Source of the DNA: Saprolegnia diclina VS20
Lineage: Eukaryota
DNA: 45,516 nt
Assembly (NCBI RefSeq): GCF_000281045.1
Contig: NW_008246082.1
Span: 604,448-649,963, forward strand
Reading direction: 5' to 3'
In this document: positions 1-11,262 of the stretch, one piece after another
How the letters are laid out: the number at the start of each line of letters is the position of its first letter
Position numbering within the stretch: position 1 is the first letter of the stretch
The notes under the pieces: model-generated
What the model was told of the DNA's origin: nothing
The model's database searches: none
The model's input: the letters and a program-made list of their open reading frames with translations, nothing else
Translations under genes and position numbers: made by a program

Positions 1-228
1 CATGGTGGCTGGAACCACTCGCAGATCCTCACAGAAACCTTTGCGGCCAACGAAGACATTCCGTTCCACGACCAGCACAAGCACCACCACCGGTTCGCGC
101 ACCATGTCATGTGGTCTGCTAGCCTCTTGGCGCTGGCTGCGCTCGTGAGCTTTGTAGTGCTGCGCATTTTGCGTCGATCCAAGCGCCAGCACGCGTACGA
201 GCCCATCCCAAGCCCGACGCATGTGTGA
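1..228 (+). CDS. 3' end of a single-pass membrane protein (partial, runs off left edge)
   Basis: Frame 1 is open from base 1 to TGA 226-228: HGGWNHSQ...HKHHHRFAHH-VMWSASLLALAALVSFVVL-RILRRSKRQHAYEPIPSPTHV*. Hydrophobic helix, basic stop-transfer patch and a YxxPhi (YEPI) tail. Confidence 0.65.
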   Translation, partial: HGGWNHSQILTETFAANEDIPFHDQHKHHHRFAHHVMWSASLLALAALVSFVVLRILRRSKRQHAYEPIPSPTHV

Positions 229-744
229 ACAGCAAATACATACAAAGGCACTTGATGTTCCCGTTGATTTGCCTCGTGGAAAGAGGCTCTAGCACAGAAC
301 GGCCGTAGTAAGAGGGGCTAATTCCGGGCGATTGCTACAGTTGTAGTCGAGCCCATGGACTGGTACTCCAGCGCGCTTGTTGGCGCCAAGGCGACTCGAG
401 CATTACCAACGCTCGACGCTACAGTTCGTATATAGTGTAATAACACGATTTGAGGTTTGCCATCGGACCAACGTTGATCGACTTGGAGGGAGTTGTGCTG
501 CTGACCGAGGGCGATGTGCCACAGAATTGTAAAAGTGTAGTGCAGGTCGTTTGGAGCGCCACGCGTCGCTGCCATGTGATGTGTCGGATGCTGGCCGCAG
601 ACGTATAGCTACTCTCACACTATTTACTCCGTTAGATCGTTCCCAGAATGCATCCGGATAATGTAGCTTGTATCCGTACCGTGATAAGTCAGCGGCCGGA
701 GGGAACAACTCAAGGCTCTGCGAGGAAGATCGAAGCACGACTGC

Positions 745-3700
745 ATGCTTGGTCGACTCTTTACCGGTACCAAGAAGGACGAGGCCGCCAAGTCCACGCG
801 CCCTCCCAATGCCACTGGCGGGGGCCGCTCGGCGGCTGGCGACGCAGCACCCGGTGGCGGTGGCGGCTTCTTCAACCTGCCCCCGACCGCGGCCAAAGCC
901 GCTGGCTTTTCGAACCCAAACAACCCTGCCTCGTACAGCACGTCGCCGTCAACGGGGCAGTCGAAGCCATCTTACGGCGTCACGCCGCCGCCGGCGCAGC
1001 AGCCGCAGCAAGGGTACGCCCCGTCGCTCTTGTCGTACCAGCGCAATCCATCAGCCACGTCACCATCGCCCGCACCGCCATCGCTCTTTGGCGGCATGCA
1101 CATGAAGCAACCCGACGCAGCAGCTGCACCTGTCGACGCACCAAAGCCCACAAGCCTGTTCAACGGCCTCGACTTGGGCGGCTCGGCGGCCCCAGCACAA
1201 GCGCCGTTGAGCCTCAACCTATCCTCTGGGCCATCGCCCACGCCAGCCGCAGTCGAGCCGCCTGTTCAGAAGCAGCGCGCGCCGCGCCCAGGAACCTTCA
1301 ACTACCTCAACGTCGCCCCGACCGACGTCTCGTCGACACCCGCGGCGTCCATGCCGATTCCCGCGCCGGCCCCGATCAAGAAGAAGAAGAAGCCATCGTT
1401 CCGTCCTGGCTTTGACCGGCAGAGCTCCGAAGACACGGGCTCGCAGCGCGGAGACGATGACGACGATGGACGGTCGCGTGGCTCGGTGCTGAGCGGCCTC
1501 ACCGTGAACCCCGTCATGCCCGAGGTCCCCGGCCGACTCCACCGTGCATCTACCGGCCGCACTGGCACGACACCAACGCGAACAACCGCGCGTTCGTCGA
1601 GGTAACTTGTTTTCGCTTATGACATGCTGACAGTTGCTGTGTACAGCTCGGCCAACGACAGCCTCAGCGGCCTCTTGGACCAACTCACGATCGTCAACGT
1701 CGGGCCCGGCGCAGCAGGATACGCGATGCCGCCGCCCGTCCAAACGTCCATGCCGACGACGACACCGACGACAGTAGCACCCACAACAACAGCGGCGGCG
1801 ACGCCCGTGCACCGGAAGAGCACGCCGAGTCCGCGCCCGAGCCTCGTCGTATCGCCGGCGGCGCCACGGCCGTCGTCGCGCCAGCCACCGGTGGTTGCGC
1901 CCGTGACCCCCGAAGGTCGCCTTGTGCAGCTCATCCGCGACTACGACGCGACGTCCAAGAGCTTTCGCGACGCGATCGTGCAACTCTCTCAAGAAGACGC
2001 GCGTCTTGTCGAAAAGAAGGCGATGCTGTCGCGCCAGCTCGCCCAATATGCGCTCGACTTGCAGTCGGTCGAAGCGCAGCAGCTCCAGGCCGCCGAAGAC
2101 GAGGACTTTGAGCGCGCAGACGCGCTCAACACGACGATCGGCAGCGTGCGCCACTGCATCATGCTCTCGCAGAGCGACTTGCGCAAGGCCGAGACGGACC
2201 TCGCGGCGATCACCAAGCAGCGCGAGAAGCTCATGGTCCACCACGTGCGCACGACAAAGGGCGTGCTGCTAGGCATCCAAAAGTGCGAAGACGACCGGTC
2301 GGCCGCGTACGCCGAGCTCTCGGCCGCCGCCAAGGCGTACAAGGCCACCGAGCGCCGCCGCTTTGCGTTCGAACAGCAGCGCATCGCAACCGAGCTTCAC
2401 CACGTGACGGTCAACATGGGCCACCTCGAGGGCGAGAAGCACGAGATCGAGTCGTCGATAGCGTCGCAGTGCACGGCCGAGACCGAGGCCCAGACGCGCC
2501 TCTTGGCCGAGAAAGCCAGCGTCGAGGCCGAGATTGCCGAGCTCGAAGCCAAGCTCCTGGCGGCGCGCGCGCACGTGACCGAGATCGACGCGGGCCTGGC
2601 GACCGCCGACGCCGGAATCCAAGTCGTCCGGCACAAGTTTGCGCGGCAGCTCAAGCGCCTCGTCGAGCGTGAGAAGGGCATCCTCAAGACGAAGAAGGAG
2701 ATCGAAGCGGACGACTTGGCGCTCGGGCGGCAGCAAGAGGCGTTTGCGGCCAAGAAGGCGAGCTACAGCGCCGAGATGAGCCAGCTCGCAAGAGACGTGC
2801 TCGGTGTGCAAAAGGAAGTCCGCATCGCGACCATTATGGTGCGGCTCACGGACGAGCAGAACGCGCGCCGGGACGCGCGCGACGCCCGCGTCAAGAAGCA
2901 AGAGACGCAGCTGCACGCGTTGCGCGAGGCGGCGCAGGCGGCCGAGCAGCAGTTCAAGCTCCTCGGCCATCAGCTCGACGATCTCAAGAAGAAGCTGCAG
3001 ACGAACCGCACGGTCATCATGACGGCCGGCACGACGTTGCCGCAGCTCGAGACGGAGAAGAAGGCAGCGGCCGCCGAGCGCAACTTCAAGGAGGCGGCGC
3101 GGCTCTCGAAGGACATCAAGCAGCTCGAGAAGGACCGGGCGACGGCCGAAGAGCAGATTGACGTTCTGGGCATGGAGATCAAGGACATTGACGACCGGAT
3201 CCACGTGCGCGAAGACGAGTTCCACGCCAAGCAAGACGAGCTCCGCGACGTCGAGAAGAACTTGGACCTTGAGTGGCTCGACGTGCTGTACCAAGTGCAC
3301 GTCGACCTCCGGAGCGCGCTCCGGCAGCTCGCCAAGTACGACGGCGAGAAGTGGTCGACGAGTGACGGCGAGAGCGTCGACTTTCGCGGTGTTGCGCTCA
3401 CCTTGGTGCAAATGGAGTTTACGGCCGTCGTCCAGGAGATCGAGGCGCTCGAAGACAAGTACAATTTGGAGCCGCACGTGGCTGAGCTGCCGCCCGAGGT
3501 GCCCGAGAAGGAGCTCGTTTTGCTCTCGGAACCCACGGACGACGAGAGCGTCAAGGACGACGACGACGACGTCGAGTCGCTGGCCGCGGAGGCGAGTTTT
3601 TCCGAATCGCCCAACGCCGCGCTGCCGCTGGCGCGGTCGGTCTCGGCCGCGACCGTCGGCGACCTAACGACGAGCGACGCGATCAAGGACAAGATCGCGT

Positions 3701-5328
3701 CGATTGAAGCGCAGATCGACGAGGCGACCGAGAACGAAGACTATGAGCTTGCGGCGCGCCTCGACGACGAGCTCGAAGAGTGGAACGCGCGCCTGCACTT
3801 GGTCGAAGAGAAGGAAGGCGAGCTCAAGGAGAAGCTCAACGCCAACGACATGCACAAGCAGGTCGAGGCGCTGCAGCACAAGATTGAGCAACTCGCCGAG
3901 CAGATTGAGAACGCGACGGCGGAAGAAGAGTACGAACTCGCGGCGGCGCTCGACGAGGAGCTCGTGGCCGCGCAGACGCAGAAGACGGACCTCCAGCTGA
4001 CGCTTGCCAACCTCCCGGACGACGAAGACGTGCCGCCGCGCCGCCTCTCGGTGCAAAGCTCTCACTTGGTCGAAGACAACTCGGACGACGAAGACTCGGA
4101 CAACGACGATGTCGAGACGCAGGACGCTCCGTCGCCGGTGCACGTGGCTGAGCCGACTCCTGTGGCTGCTGAGCCTGCCCCGGTCGCCAGCGACGAACCA
4201 GTTGCCGTCCAACAGGAGGAAGCGCCGGCGGCTCCGACGTCTCTCTTTGGAGGTCTCTCGGTGGCCCCGACGACGGAGCCAGCAGGGAGTGCTCCGTCGC
4301 TTTTCGGCGGTCTCTCGCTTGCCCCGACGACGACGGACGCAGCCCCAGCACCGGTCGGCTTGTTTGGTGGTCTCTCGATTGCCCCAACGACGACCGAGCC
4401 GACTGGTGCGCCCGTGAGCTTGTTTGGGGGGCTCAACTTGGCGTCGACCGATGCGCCGGTGGCCACGGGCGGCTCGCTCTTTGGGGGTCTCGTCGTCGCT
4501 GCCCCCACTGAAGCGTCAGCGGACGCTTTGACCGAGACCAAGGTCGAAGAAGAGAGTGTGCCGGCGGACGAAGCGCTTTTGGGCGGCGACTACGTCATGC
4601 CGTCGGACGCACCGTCGGCCAGCGATGACGTGGACGACGACGAAGTGGACGACGATGAAGAGGACGAAGTGGATGAAGAGGACGAAGTGGATGAAGAGGA
4701 CGATGACGAAGTGGATGACGTTGCACATGACGAGGAAGAAGAAGAGAATACGTACATGGCCCAAGAAGACACGCCCATGTCGGCGGTCGAGGAGATCTAC
4801 ATGGAGCCAGCGTCGTCGCCCGTGGCGGTCGTCGAGCAAATCGACTTGGCGGCCCCGACGACGCTCGCGCACGAGATGCTCGCCCCTGTTGTTGCGCCGC
4901 TCGACGAGGGTGTCGCGAGTGAACCAGAGTCGAGCGACGTCGCTACTACACCTCTGGTCGTCGAGGAGACGGACGACGCCGCCGTTGAAGAAACCGAGAT
5001 GCACACCGTAGACACTGTTACCAACGAGAGCGCCGCGGATGCCGACGAAGCCAGCGCCGTCCATGACGAAGTCGGCGTCACTCGTGACGAAGGCAGCGTC
5101 GTTGCAACGCCCGCAGTCGTCGAGCCTGTCGCGGCCCCGTCGCTTTTTGGGGGTCTCGCACTCTCCAGCGAGGCGCCGGCATCGCTCTTTGGGTCGCTAA
5201 CAGTGGCGTCGCCAGAGCCGGCGTCGCTCTTTGGTGGTCTCTCGGTGGCGGCGCCGACTGTCGCCAGCGATGCTCCGCTCTTCGGCGGTCTCGACGTGGC
5301 CAAGCCCATCGTCAAGGACGACGAGTAA
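745..5328 (+). CDS. Large coiled-coil protein with about 4 UVR (UvrB/UvrC-like) motifs, disordered termini and repeated LFxGL motifs; exons 745-1601 and 1647-5328
   Basis: ORFs 745-1605 and 1624-5328 share a frame and are joined by a 45-nt GT..AG intron (1602-1646). UVR-like motifs: AAEDEDFERADAL, AAAERNFKEAARL, ATENEDYELAARL, ATAEEEYELAAAL. Confidence 0.8.
4230..4510 (+). repeat. Coding ~60-bp tandem repeat, 5 units each encoding (S/G)LFGGLxx-APTT
   Basis: SLFGGLSV, SLFGGLSL, GLFGGLSI, SLFGGLNL and SLFGGLVV at ~20-aa spacing. Confidence 0.8.
4639..4720 (+). repeat. Coding 18-bp repeat GACGAAGTGGATGAAGAG (DEVDEE), acidic tract
   Basis: Two perfect copies plus degenerate flanking copies. Confidence 0.75.
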
Positions 5329-5485
5329 ACCGATGCAAATGTAATAAAGTCAATGCCTGTGAGAATGAAGCAGACTACTAACTTTGTACGATGTTGTAGT
5401 TGAAGTGGTGCTGGGGTTGCTGGGTAGCTTTAAAATTGGTGTCTGCCACAAATAGCATTTTATGTGGCGGTCCACAAGCAGATAG

Positions 5486-5497
5486 GATTGGCTGAAA
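5486..5497. promoter_or_regulatory. Candidate CCAAT box upstream of eIF3f
   Basis: GATTGGCTGAAA ~150 bp upstream of the ATG, resembling the extended oomycete CCAAT motif; further CCAAT copies nearby. Confidence 0.4.
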
Positions 5498-5639
5498 TGC
5501 CCGGTGCAAGGCGACAATTCAACATATTGACCAATCAAACGTCCCAATTGCCATGCTTTGTGGCCAATGGCCTTTGAATCTGCCACCGGCGCCGAAATGA
5601 CTGGATTGCATCGGTCCATTTCCCATCGTCTTTTGCAGC

Positions 5640-6482
5640 ATGAGCTTGGTCCTGAACACGGAGGGCGTGTCCCTTGTCCACGTCCACCCGGTCGTCGTCT
5701 TCCAGATCCTCGACCGCTTCCTCCGCCGTGGCGAAGACCAGAAGCGCGTGATCGGTACGCTCCTCGGCGTGGTTGACGCCGAGCACGGCGTCGTGACCAT
5801 CTCCAACTCGTTCCCGGTGCCCCACCTCGAGAAGGGCGACGAGGTCGCGGTCGGCAAGGACTACCACCGCCAGATGCTGCTTCTGCACCAGCGCGTGAAC
5901 CCGAACGAAGTCGTTGTCGGCTGGTACGCGACGTCGACGACCGCCGAGGCCATCAACGAGAACTCGTGCTTGATCCACGAGTTTTACAGCTCCGAGTGCG
6001 CGTCGCCCGTCCACGTTGTCGTCGACACGTCGCTCGAGTCGGACAACCTCAACATCATGGGCTTCATCAGCTCGGCGCTCTCGGTCGCCGACGTCGCGCT
6101 CGCCAACCAGTTCAAGCAGGTCAAGGTCGAGACCAAGACGTACGAGGCCGAGTCGATCGCGCTCGACGTCATGGCCAAGCGCTCGTCGAGCGCGGCGTCG
6201 CTGCCGTCGGACCTTGAGGCCCTCGAGCAGGCCATCGTTCGCCTTCACGAACTCCTTGCGACGAGCGCTGCGTACGTCGGCGATGTTGTTGCTGGCAAGC
6301 AGGCCGCCAACCCCAAGCTCGGCCGTGAGCTCGCGGAAGCTGTCGCGTCGATCCCGCCGATGCGCGCCGATGTCTTTGACCAGATCTTCAACAACGGCAT
6401 GCAGGACCTCCTCATGGTCTCGTACCTCTCGAGCTTGACGCAGGCGCAGCTCTCGATCTCGGAGAAGCTCATCAACGCGTAG
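5640..6482 (+). CDS. EIF3F: Eukaryotic translation initiation factor 3 subunit F (MPN domain)
   Basis: Intronless 280 aa. VHPVVVFQILDRFLRR, RVIGTLLG, ISNSFPVPH, VVGWYAT, IHEFYS and MQDLLMVSYLSSLTQAQL match the eIF3f family. Confidence 0.9.
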   Translation: MSLVLNTEGVSLVHVHPVVVFQILDRFLRRGEDQKRVIGTLLGVVDAEHGVVTISNSFPVPHLEKGDEVAVGKDYHRQMLLLHQRVNPNEVVVGWYATSTTAEAINENSCLIHEFYSSECASPVHVVVDTSLESDNLNIMGFISSALSVADVALANQFKQVKVETKTYEAESIALDVMAKRSSSAASLPSDLEALEQAIVRLHELLATSAAYVGDVVAGKQAANPKLGRELAEAVASIPPMRADVFDQIFNNGMQDLLMVSYLSSLTQAQLSISEKLINA

Positions 6483-6563
6483 ATACACCCATCACCTTAG
6501 TAATATTACCCTTCTCTTCCCTCGTTCTTCTTATGAACATGAGACCGGAGAAGATCCAGGATG

Positions 6564-7156
6564 NNNNNNNNNNNNNNNNNNNNNNNNNNNNNNNNNNNNN
6601 NNNNNNNNNNNNNNNNNNNNNNNNNNNNNNNNNNNNNNNNNNNNNNNNNNNNNNNNNNNNNNNNNNNNNNNNNNNNNNNNNNNNNNNNNNNNNNNNNNNN
6701 NNNNNNNNNNNNNNNNNNNNNNNNNNNNNNNNNNNNNNNNNNNNNNNNNNNNNNNNNNNNNNNNNNNNNNNNNNNNNNNNNNNNNNNNNNNNNNNNNNNN
6801 NNNNNNNNNNNNNNNNNNNNNNNNNNNNNNNNNNNNNNNNNNNNNNNNNNNNNNNNNNNNNNNNNNNNNNNNNNNNNNNNNNNNNNNNNNNNNNNNNNNN
6901 NNNNNNNNNNNNNNNNNNNNNNNNNNNNNNNNNNNNNNNNNNNNNNNNNNNNNNNNNNNNNNNNNNNNNNNNNNNNNNNNNNNNNNNNNNNNNNNNNNNN
7001 NNNNNNNNNNNNNNNNNNNNNNNNNNNNNNNNNNNNNNNNNNNNNNNNNNNNNNNNNNNNNNNNNNNNNNNNNNNNNNNNNNNNNNNNNNNNNNNNNNNN
7101 NNNNNNNNNNNNNNNNNNNNNNNNNNNNNNNNNNNNNNNNNNNNNNNNNNNNNNNN
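6564..7156. other. Assembly gap
   Basis: Run of N. Confidence 1.
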
Positions 7157-7175
7157 CTTCATCGAAAGCTGGTAG

Positions 7176-7562
7176 ACGCTCGCTCCCGCCGCCGACGTCG
7201 TGGCCATGGAAGCCGCCCTCCGCGCCTTCCACGAGGGCACGCTCCTGAGTTGGTAACCCTCTCTCTCGGTCCATTTCAGAAGTCGCATCTGAGGTTCAGC
7301 TGGTAGCGAGTTTCGTCTTGGGTCGTTTGCCACAGCGGGGTACTTGCTTCGCTTGCCACCGAACACCGCCGTCCTCCCGCAGGACTTGGACGACGCCATT
7401 GTGGTCGCCGCCCGCGTGCTTGGCCAAGCCTTTGTCGTGAAGTGGACGCGCCACGCGTGGGCAGCGACCAACGCAGCCGTCGTGCAAGAGACTCTACCAG
7501 CGTTCGCGCAGCTCGCGTCGCTTCGTCTGCGCTACCCCAGCTATGCGCTGGTGGCACCGTAA
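7176..7562 (+). CDS. 3' exons of a hypothetical protein whose 5' part lies in the gap
   Basis: After AG 7174-75: TLAPAADVVAMEAALRAFHEGTLLS, a short GT..AG intron, then EFRLGSFATAGYLLRLPPNTAVLPQDLDDAIVVAARVLGQAFVVKW...YPSYALVAP*. Coding-like codon usage; no family recognised. Confidence 0.5.
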
Positions 7563-7606
7563 CGTTAACACTAAGTGCACGGGTCAAGTCGAACTGGAGC
7601 GGCTTG

Positions 7607-8908
7607 TTAGACGTCGACAATCTGTTCGATGGCCTCTTCCGTGTACTTCCAGCCCACCGAGCGCATGTAGCCCGAGAGCACCGCCTTCGACTCGAGGCCG
7701 ACGCTAAAGCCAATGAGGCCGCGTTCGGCCTCCTTCTTGGCAAAGACGTCGCAGTGCAACGTCGGCACGCGCGGGAGCTCGGCCAGCGGCGTCTCGAGCG
7801 AGCAATGGCAGGCGATCGGGTACGTGAGGTTGTCGCCTACGCCCTCCGGTCAGCGGGTGCTACGGCCACGAGAAACGAGGTACCTTGGTGCTGCTCGATC
7901 GTCGACGTCGCAGCGGCCGCCATCCACAAGAACGTCGCACGCGGCTCGGGCGTCGAAAAGAGCGAGAGCTGCTCCACGTCGACCGCACCGCCCTAGCCGT
8001 TCGGTTGAGAAAATAGCGGCGACAGGCATCTACGACAGACCTTGTCAAAGTCGGCAAGGCGCTCCTTGGAGCAGTTGAGCGGGAAGCGGCGGCTCGGCTG
8101 GTCCATTGCCGTTGTGAGGAGTTCCATGTCGATGGGGTTGGACGGCCCCTTAATGGGAATCGCTTGCTTGGCCGGGATCGTATGGGGCACGACGAAGTAC
8201 AGCGACGACTGCCACACGACCGACTCGTCGTCAAAGAGGTCGGTTTGCACCGTAAACTCAATACCCTCGGGCGTAAACACCTTGCTGATGAGCGCCATGA
8301 GGCACTACGATCGATCGATTCAGAGCCATCAGGACAAGACAAGCGCAATGTACGTTGAGCTCTTCGTCGACTGCGATGCGACGCAGCTGCGTCACGTGCA
8401 GGCGCTTCCACACCATCGTGTCGACGCGCGTCGGAAAGTGCGAGTTGCCGAGCAGTTGCACCAAGAGGTGGCCGCACAGAATCTACGCGATTAGGATCGC
8501 ATGGGCTTCCCAACGAGCGCGTACCTGGGGAAACATGAGGGGCACGGCCGTGATGTCCTTGGCCGGCGCGCCCAAGGCCGCCCGCACACTCGAGATTTCC
8601 TGGTCCAAAATATAAAACTTGGTCTGCAGCGTCACACGCGGACACGGCTGCAGCATGCGCTCGCGCGAGGTCCAGCCGCGGCGCACATGGCTCGAGATGG
8701 CGCAGCGAATCTTAAACTCCTTGGACCCGCGGTCGAGTGGACCTGGCAGCATGGGCAATCTACGCAAGATGATCGATGATGCTACATTCTCGAGCTCGTC
8801 GTCGTCGTACTGGCGGAAGAGGTCATGGTCCCATGTCGCCCAGATGAAGACGAACGGAAGGATGAGCGCGACGACCACCATGGGCGCGATGAGCCATGCT
8901 TGCTCCAT
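7607..8908 (-). CDS. Hotdog-fold (MaoC/HtdX-like) protein with N-terminal transmembrane anchor; multi-exon
   Basis: Spliced: MEQAWLIAPMVVVALILPFVFIW...VPLMFPQ|ILCGHLLVQLLGNSHFP...HVTQLRRIAVDEELN|CLMALISKVFTPEGIEFTVQTDLFDDESVVWQSS...|GGAVDVEQLS...|...KAVLSGYMRSVGWKYTEEAIEQIVDV* (TAA at 7607-09). The middle part follows the pattern of the first hotdog domain of double-hotdog dehydratases. Confidence 0.6.
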
Positions 8909-9578
8909 TGTCCTGCGTCCTCTGCCGCAAGCTTGCGATTGCGAGCGTAACGCCAACGGCCACCACCGGTGATTGGGCGACGCCATTTTATCCGGAACAT
9001 CGCGTCAGCGCTGGCTATCCGGACGCTATCATCGTTCACCGCGCGGAAAGGTCCGCGAAATCGGCGCTGGGCGCTGCGAGGTGATCGCGAATTCTGCCGG
9101 ATACGCGCGGTCACGTGACCGCCCGTTGCGCAATAGACGTACGGGTGTCCACAGCGCGTCACTGGACCGCAGCGCACGTTGCTGTTGTCGCCAGTCGCGT
9201 GCAAGCGCCAAACCCGTTGCAGCTGCGCATCCCCGCCGGTGCGTCCGGATACGGCGCCGCCGTGTCGCAGGGCCGCTGTCACGGACGTTGGCGCGCCATG
9301 GCCAGCGAGGTCCAGTGACGGGACCGAGGGGCCGCGGTCGATGCTGCCATGCACGGTGGCAGAGGTCAACGTGTCTCGAAGCACGATCGCGCTCGGTAGG
9401 CGACGGCAGCGCGTCGGCGGCTGTCGGGTGACCGTGAAAACCTGGGTTTGGCGCGCCCGTATCCGGATCCTCGGACCTTCTGTGGTTTCAACAAATCGAA
9501 CTTTGACGTCGAGGAGAGACCAGGGCCAGTGGCAGCAGCAGAAGCAGCAGCAGCAGCGTCGTCAGCCGTACTTCTTCC

Positions 9579-11137
9579 ATGACGATCCACACCGATGTAG
9601 AGAAGGACCCGATCCTGCGCCGGCAGTCGACGAGCCGGCGCCAGCTCGGGATCCTGCCCGTGGCGCTCATCACGTATTTCAACGTGTCGGGCGGCCCGTG
9701 GGGCAGCGAGCCCATCATCGCGTCGTGCGGGCCACTTATCGGGATCCTCGCGGTCTCGATCTTCCCGTGGATCTGGTGCATGCCATTGGCCCTTGTCTAC
9801 GCCGAGCTCTTTAGCGCCTTCCCCACCGACTCGAGCTTCTGCACGTGGGTCGGCATGGCCTTTGGCCGCCCCATGGGCTTCCACGTCGGCTACTGGTCGT
9901 GGGTCGCCGGCGTCATTGACAATGCAATCTATCCGTGCCTCATTGTCGACTCGCTCTTTGGTCTTCTCAATGGCAACCTCGACGGCGACGGCGGCGACGA
10001 CGGGATCTCGTTCAGCACCAAGTTTGGTGCACGCGTCGCGATCGCCATCTTGTTTATGATCCCGACCCTCACGAGCATCAAAATGGTCGGCAACACGATG
10101 CTCTTCCTTGCCATCATCGTCGCGATGCCCTTCCTCGTCATGGTGTTTGTCGCTATTCCGCAGATCGAGCCGGCCAACTGGTTTGTCATCTCGGACGAGG
10201 TATGCTCTCTCGACCTATGCAGGCGATTGACGATGCCTATAGCGCAACTGGACGCAACTCATCAGCGTCCTGTACTGGAACTACTCGGGCTTTGACGCGG
10301 CCGGCGCCTACGCGGGCGAGATCCAAGACCCGAAGCGCACGTACCCCAAAGCCATGATGCTCACGGTCGTGCTCATTGCGTTCACGTACATCATCCCGTT
10401 CATCGCCATCTCGGGCGCCGACAAGCCTCACTACACGACGTGGACCGACGGCTCGTACTCGCAGATCGCCCAAGGCATTGGCGGTACAAGCCTCATGGGA
10501 TCCTCGCGCTCAGCGTATTCTAGGCGTCTGGCTCTGCGTCTGGGTACTGATTTCCAACTTTTTCGGCAACCTCGGCTTGTACATTGCCGAGATGACCAAA
10601 GACGGGTTCCAGCTGGCGGGCATGGCCGACTCGGGCCTCGCGCCGTCCTTCTTTGCCGTGTACGTGGTGCTACTGCTTTGCTTTCTCGGTGCTCATCCTA
10701 CGGCGTAGGCGCCATGGCCCCAACGGCGTGCCCCGTCGGTCGATTTTCTTGTCGTTCTCCATCATTGTGGTCATGTGTCTCTTTGACTTTGAGACGATTT
10801 TGGGCGTCGACAACTTTCTCAACGCGCTCGCAAGCGTCGTGGAGATTTGCGCCGCCGTGCGCATGCGCTACACGCACCCGGAGATCGACCGTCCGTACAA
10901 AGGTATGACGTTCTTTTTGCAGCAAGAAGCACTCACCGCGCTTGGCTAGTCGCGCTCTCGGATCAAAACCTGGCAATCGCCATGGTGCTGCCGCTCTGCG
11001 TCGGCTGCTACGTGGTGTGGAACGAGCTGCTCATCAACACGGTGACGCTCGTGCTGTGCACGCTCACGCTCGTCATTGGCGCTATCATGCAGCGCTTCTT
11101 GGAACACGCGCACCCGCACACGTTTATGCACGTCTAG
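9579..11137 (+). CDS. APC-superfamily amino acid/polyamine transporter (plant PUT/LAT-like); several short introns
   Basis: YFNVSGGPWGSE, PLALVYAELFSAFP, WVAGVIDNAIYP; after intron 10200-10242 LYWNYSGFDAAGAYAGEIQDPKRTYPKA; GMADSGLAPSFFA; HPEIDRPYK. The start could be extended by an upstream exon. Confidence 0.9.
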
Positions 11138-11262
11138 CGCCCGCCACTTGCCATGTAAACCAATATATAGCGAGCAACATATCCTACTCTCCCCACTGGG
11201 ATCGACGCGATGGGAGGACTGCGCTGTTGGCTCCAACGAGCAGCAGCGTATAGTTGTTCGTA

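Noticed and set aside
6506..7471. Long ORFs spanning N gaps (also 27118-29188 and 41384-43767)
   Set aside because: Artefacts of reading through X codons.
7442..8078. Plus-strand ORFs that could extend the post-gap gene
   Set aside because: 7607-7995 is better explained as the 3' exons of the minus-strand hotdog-fold gene.
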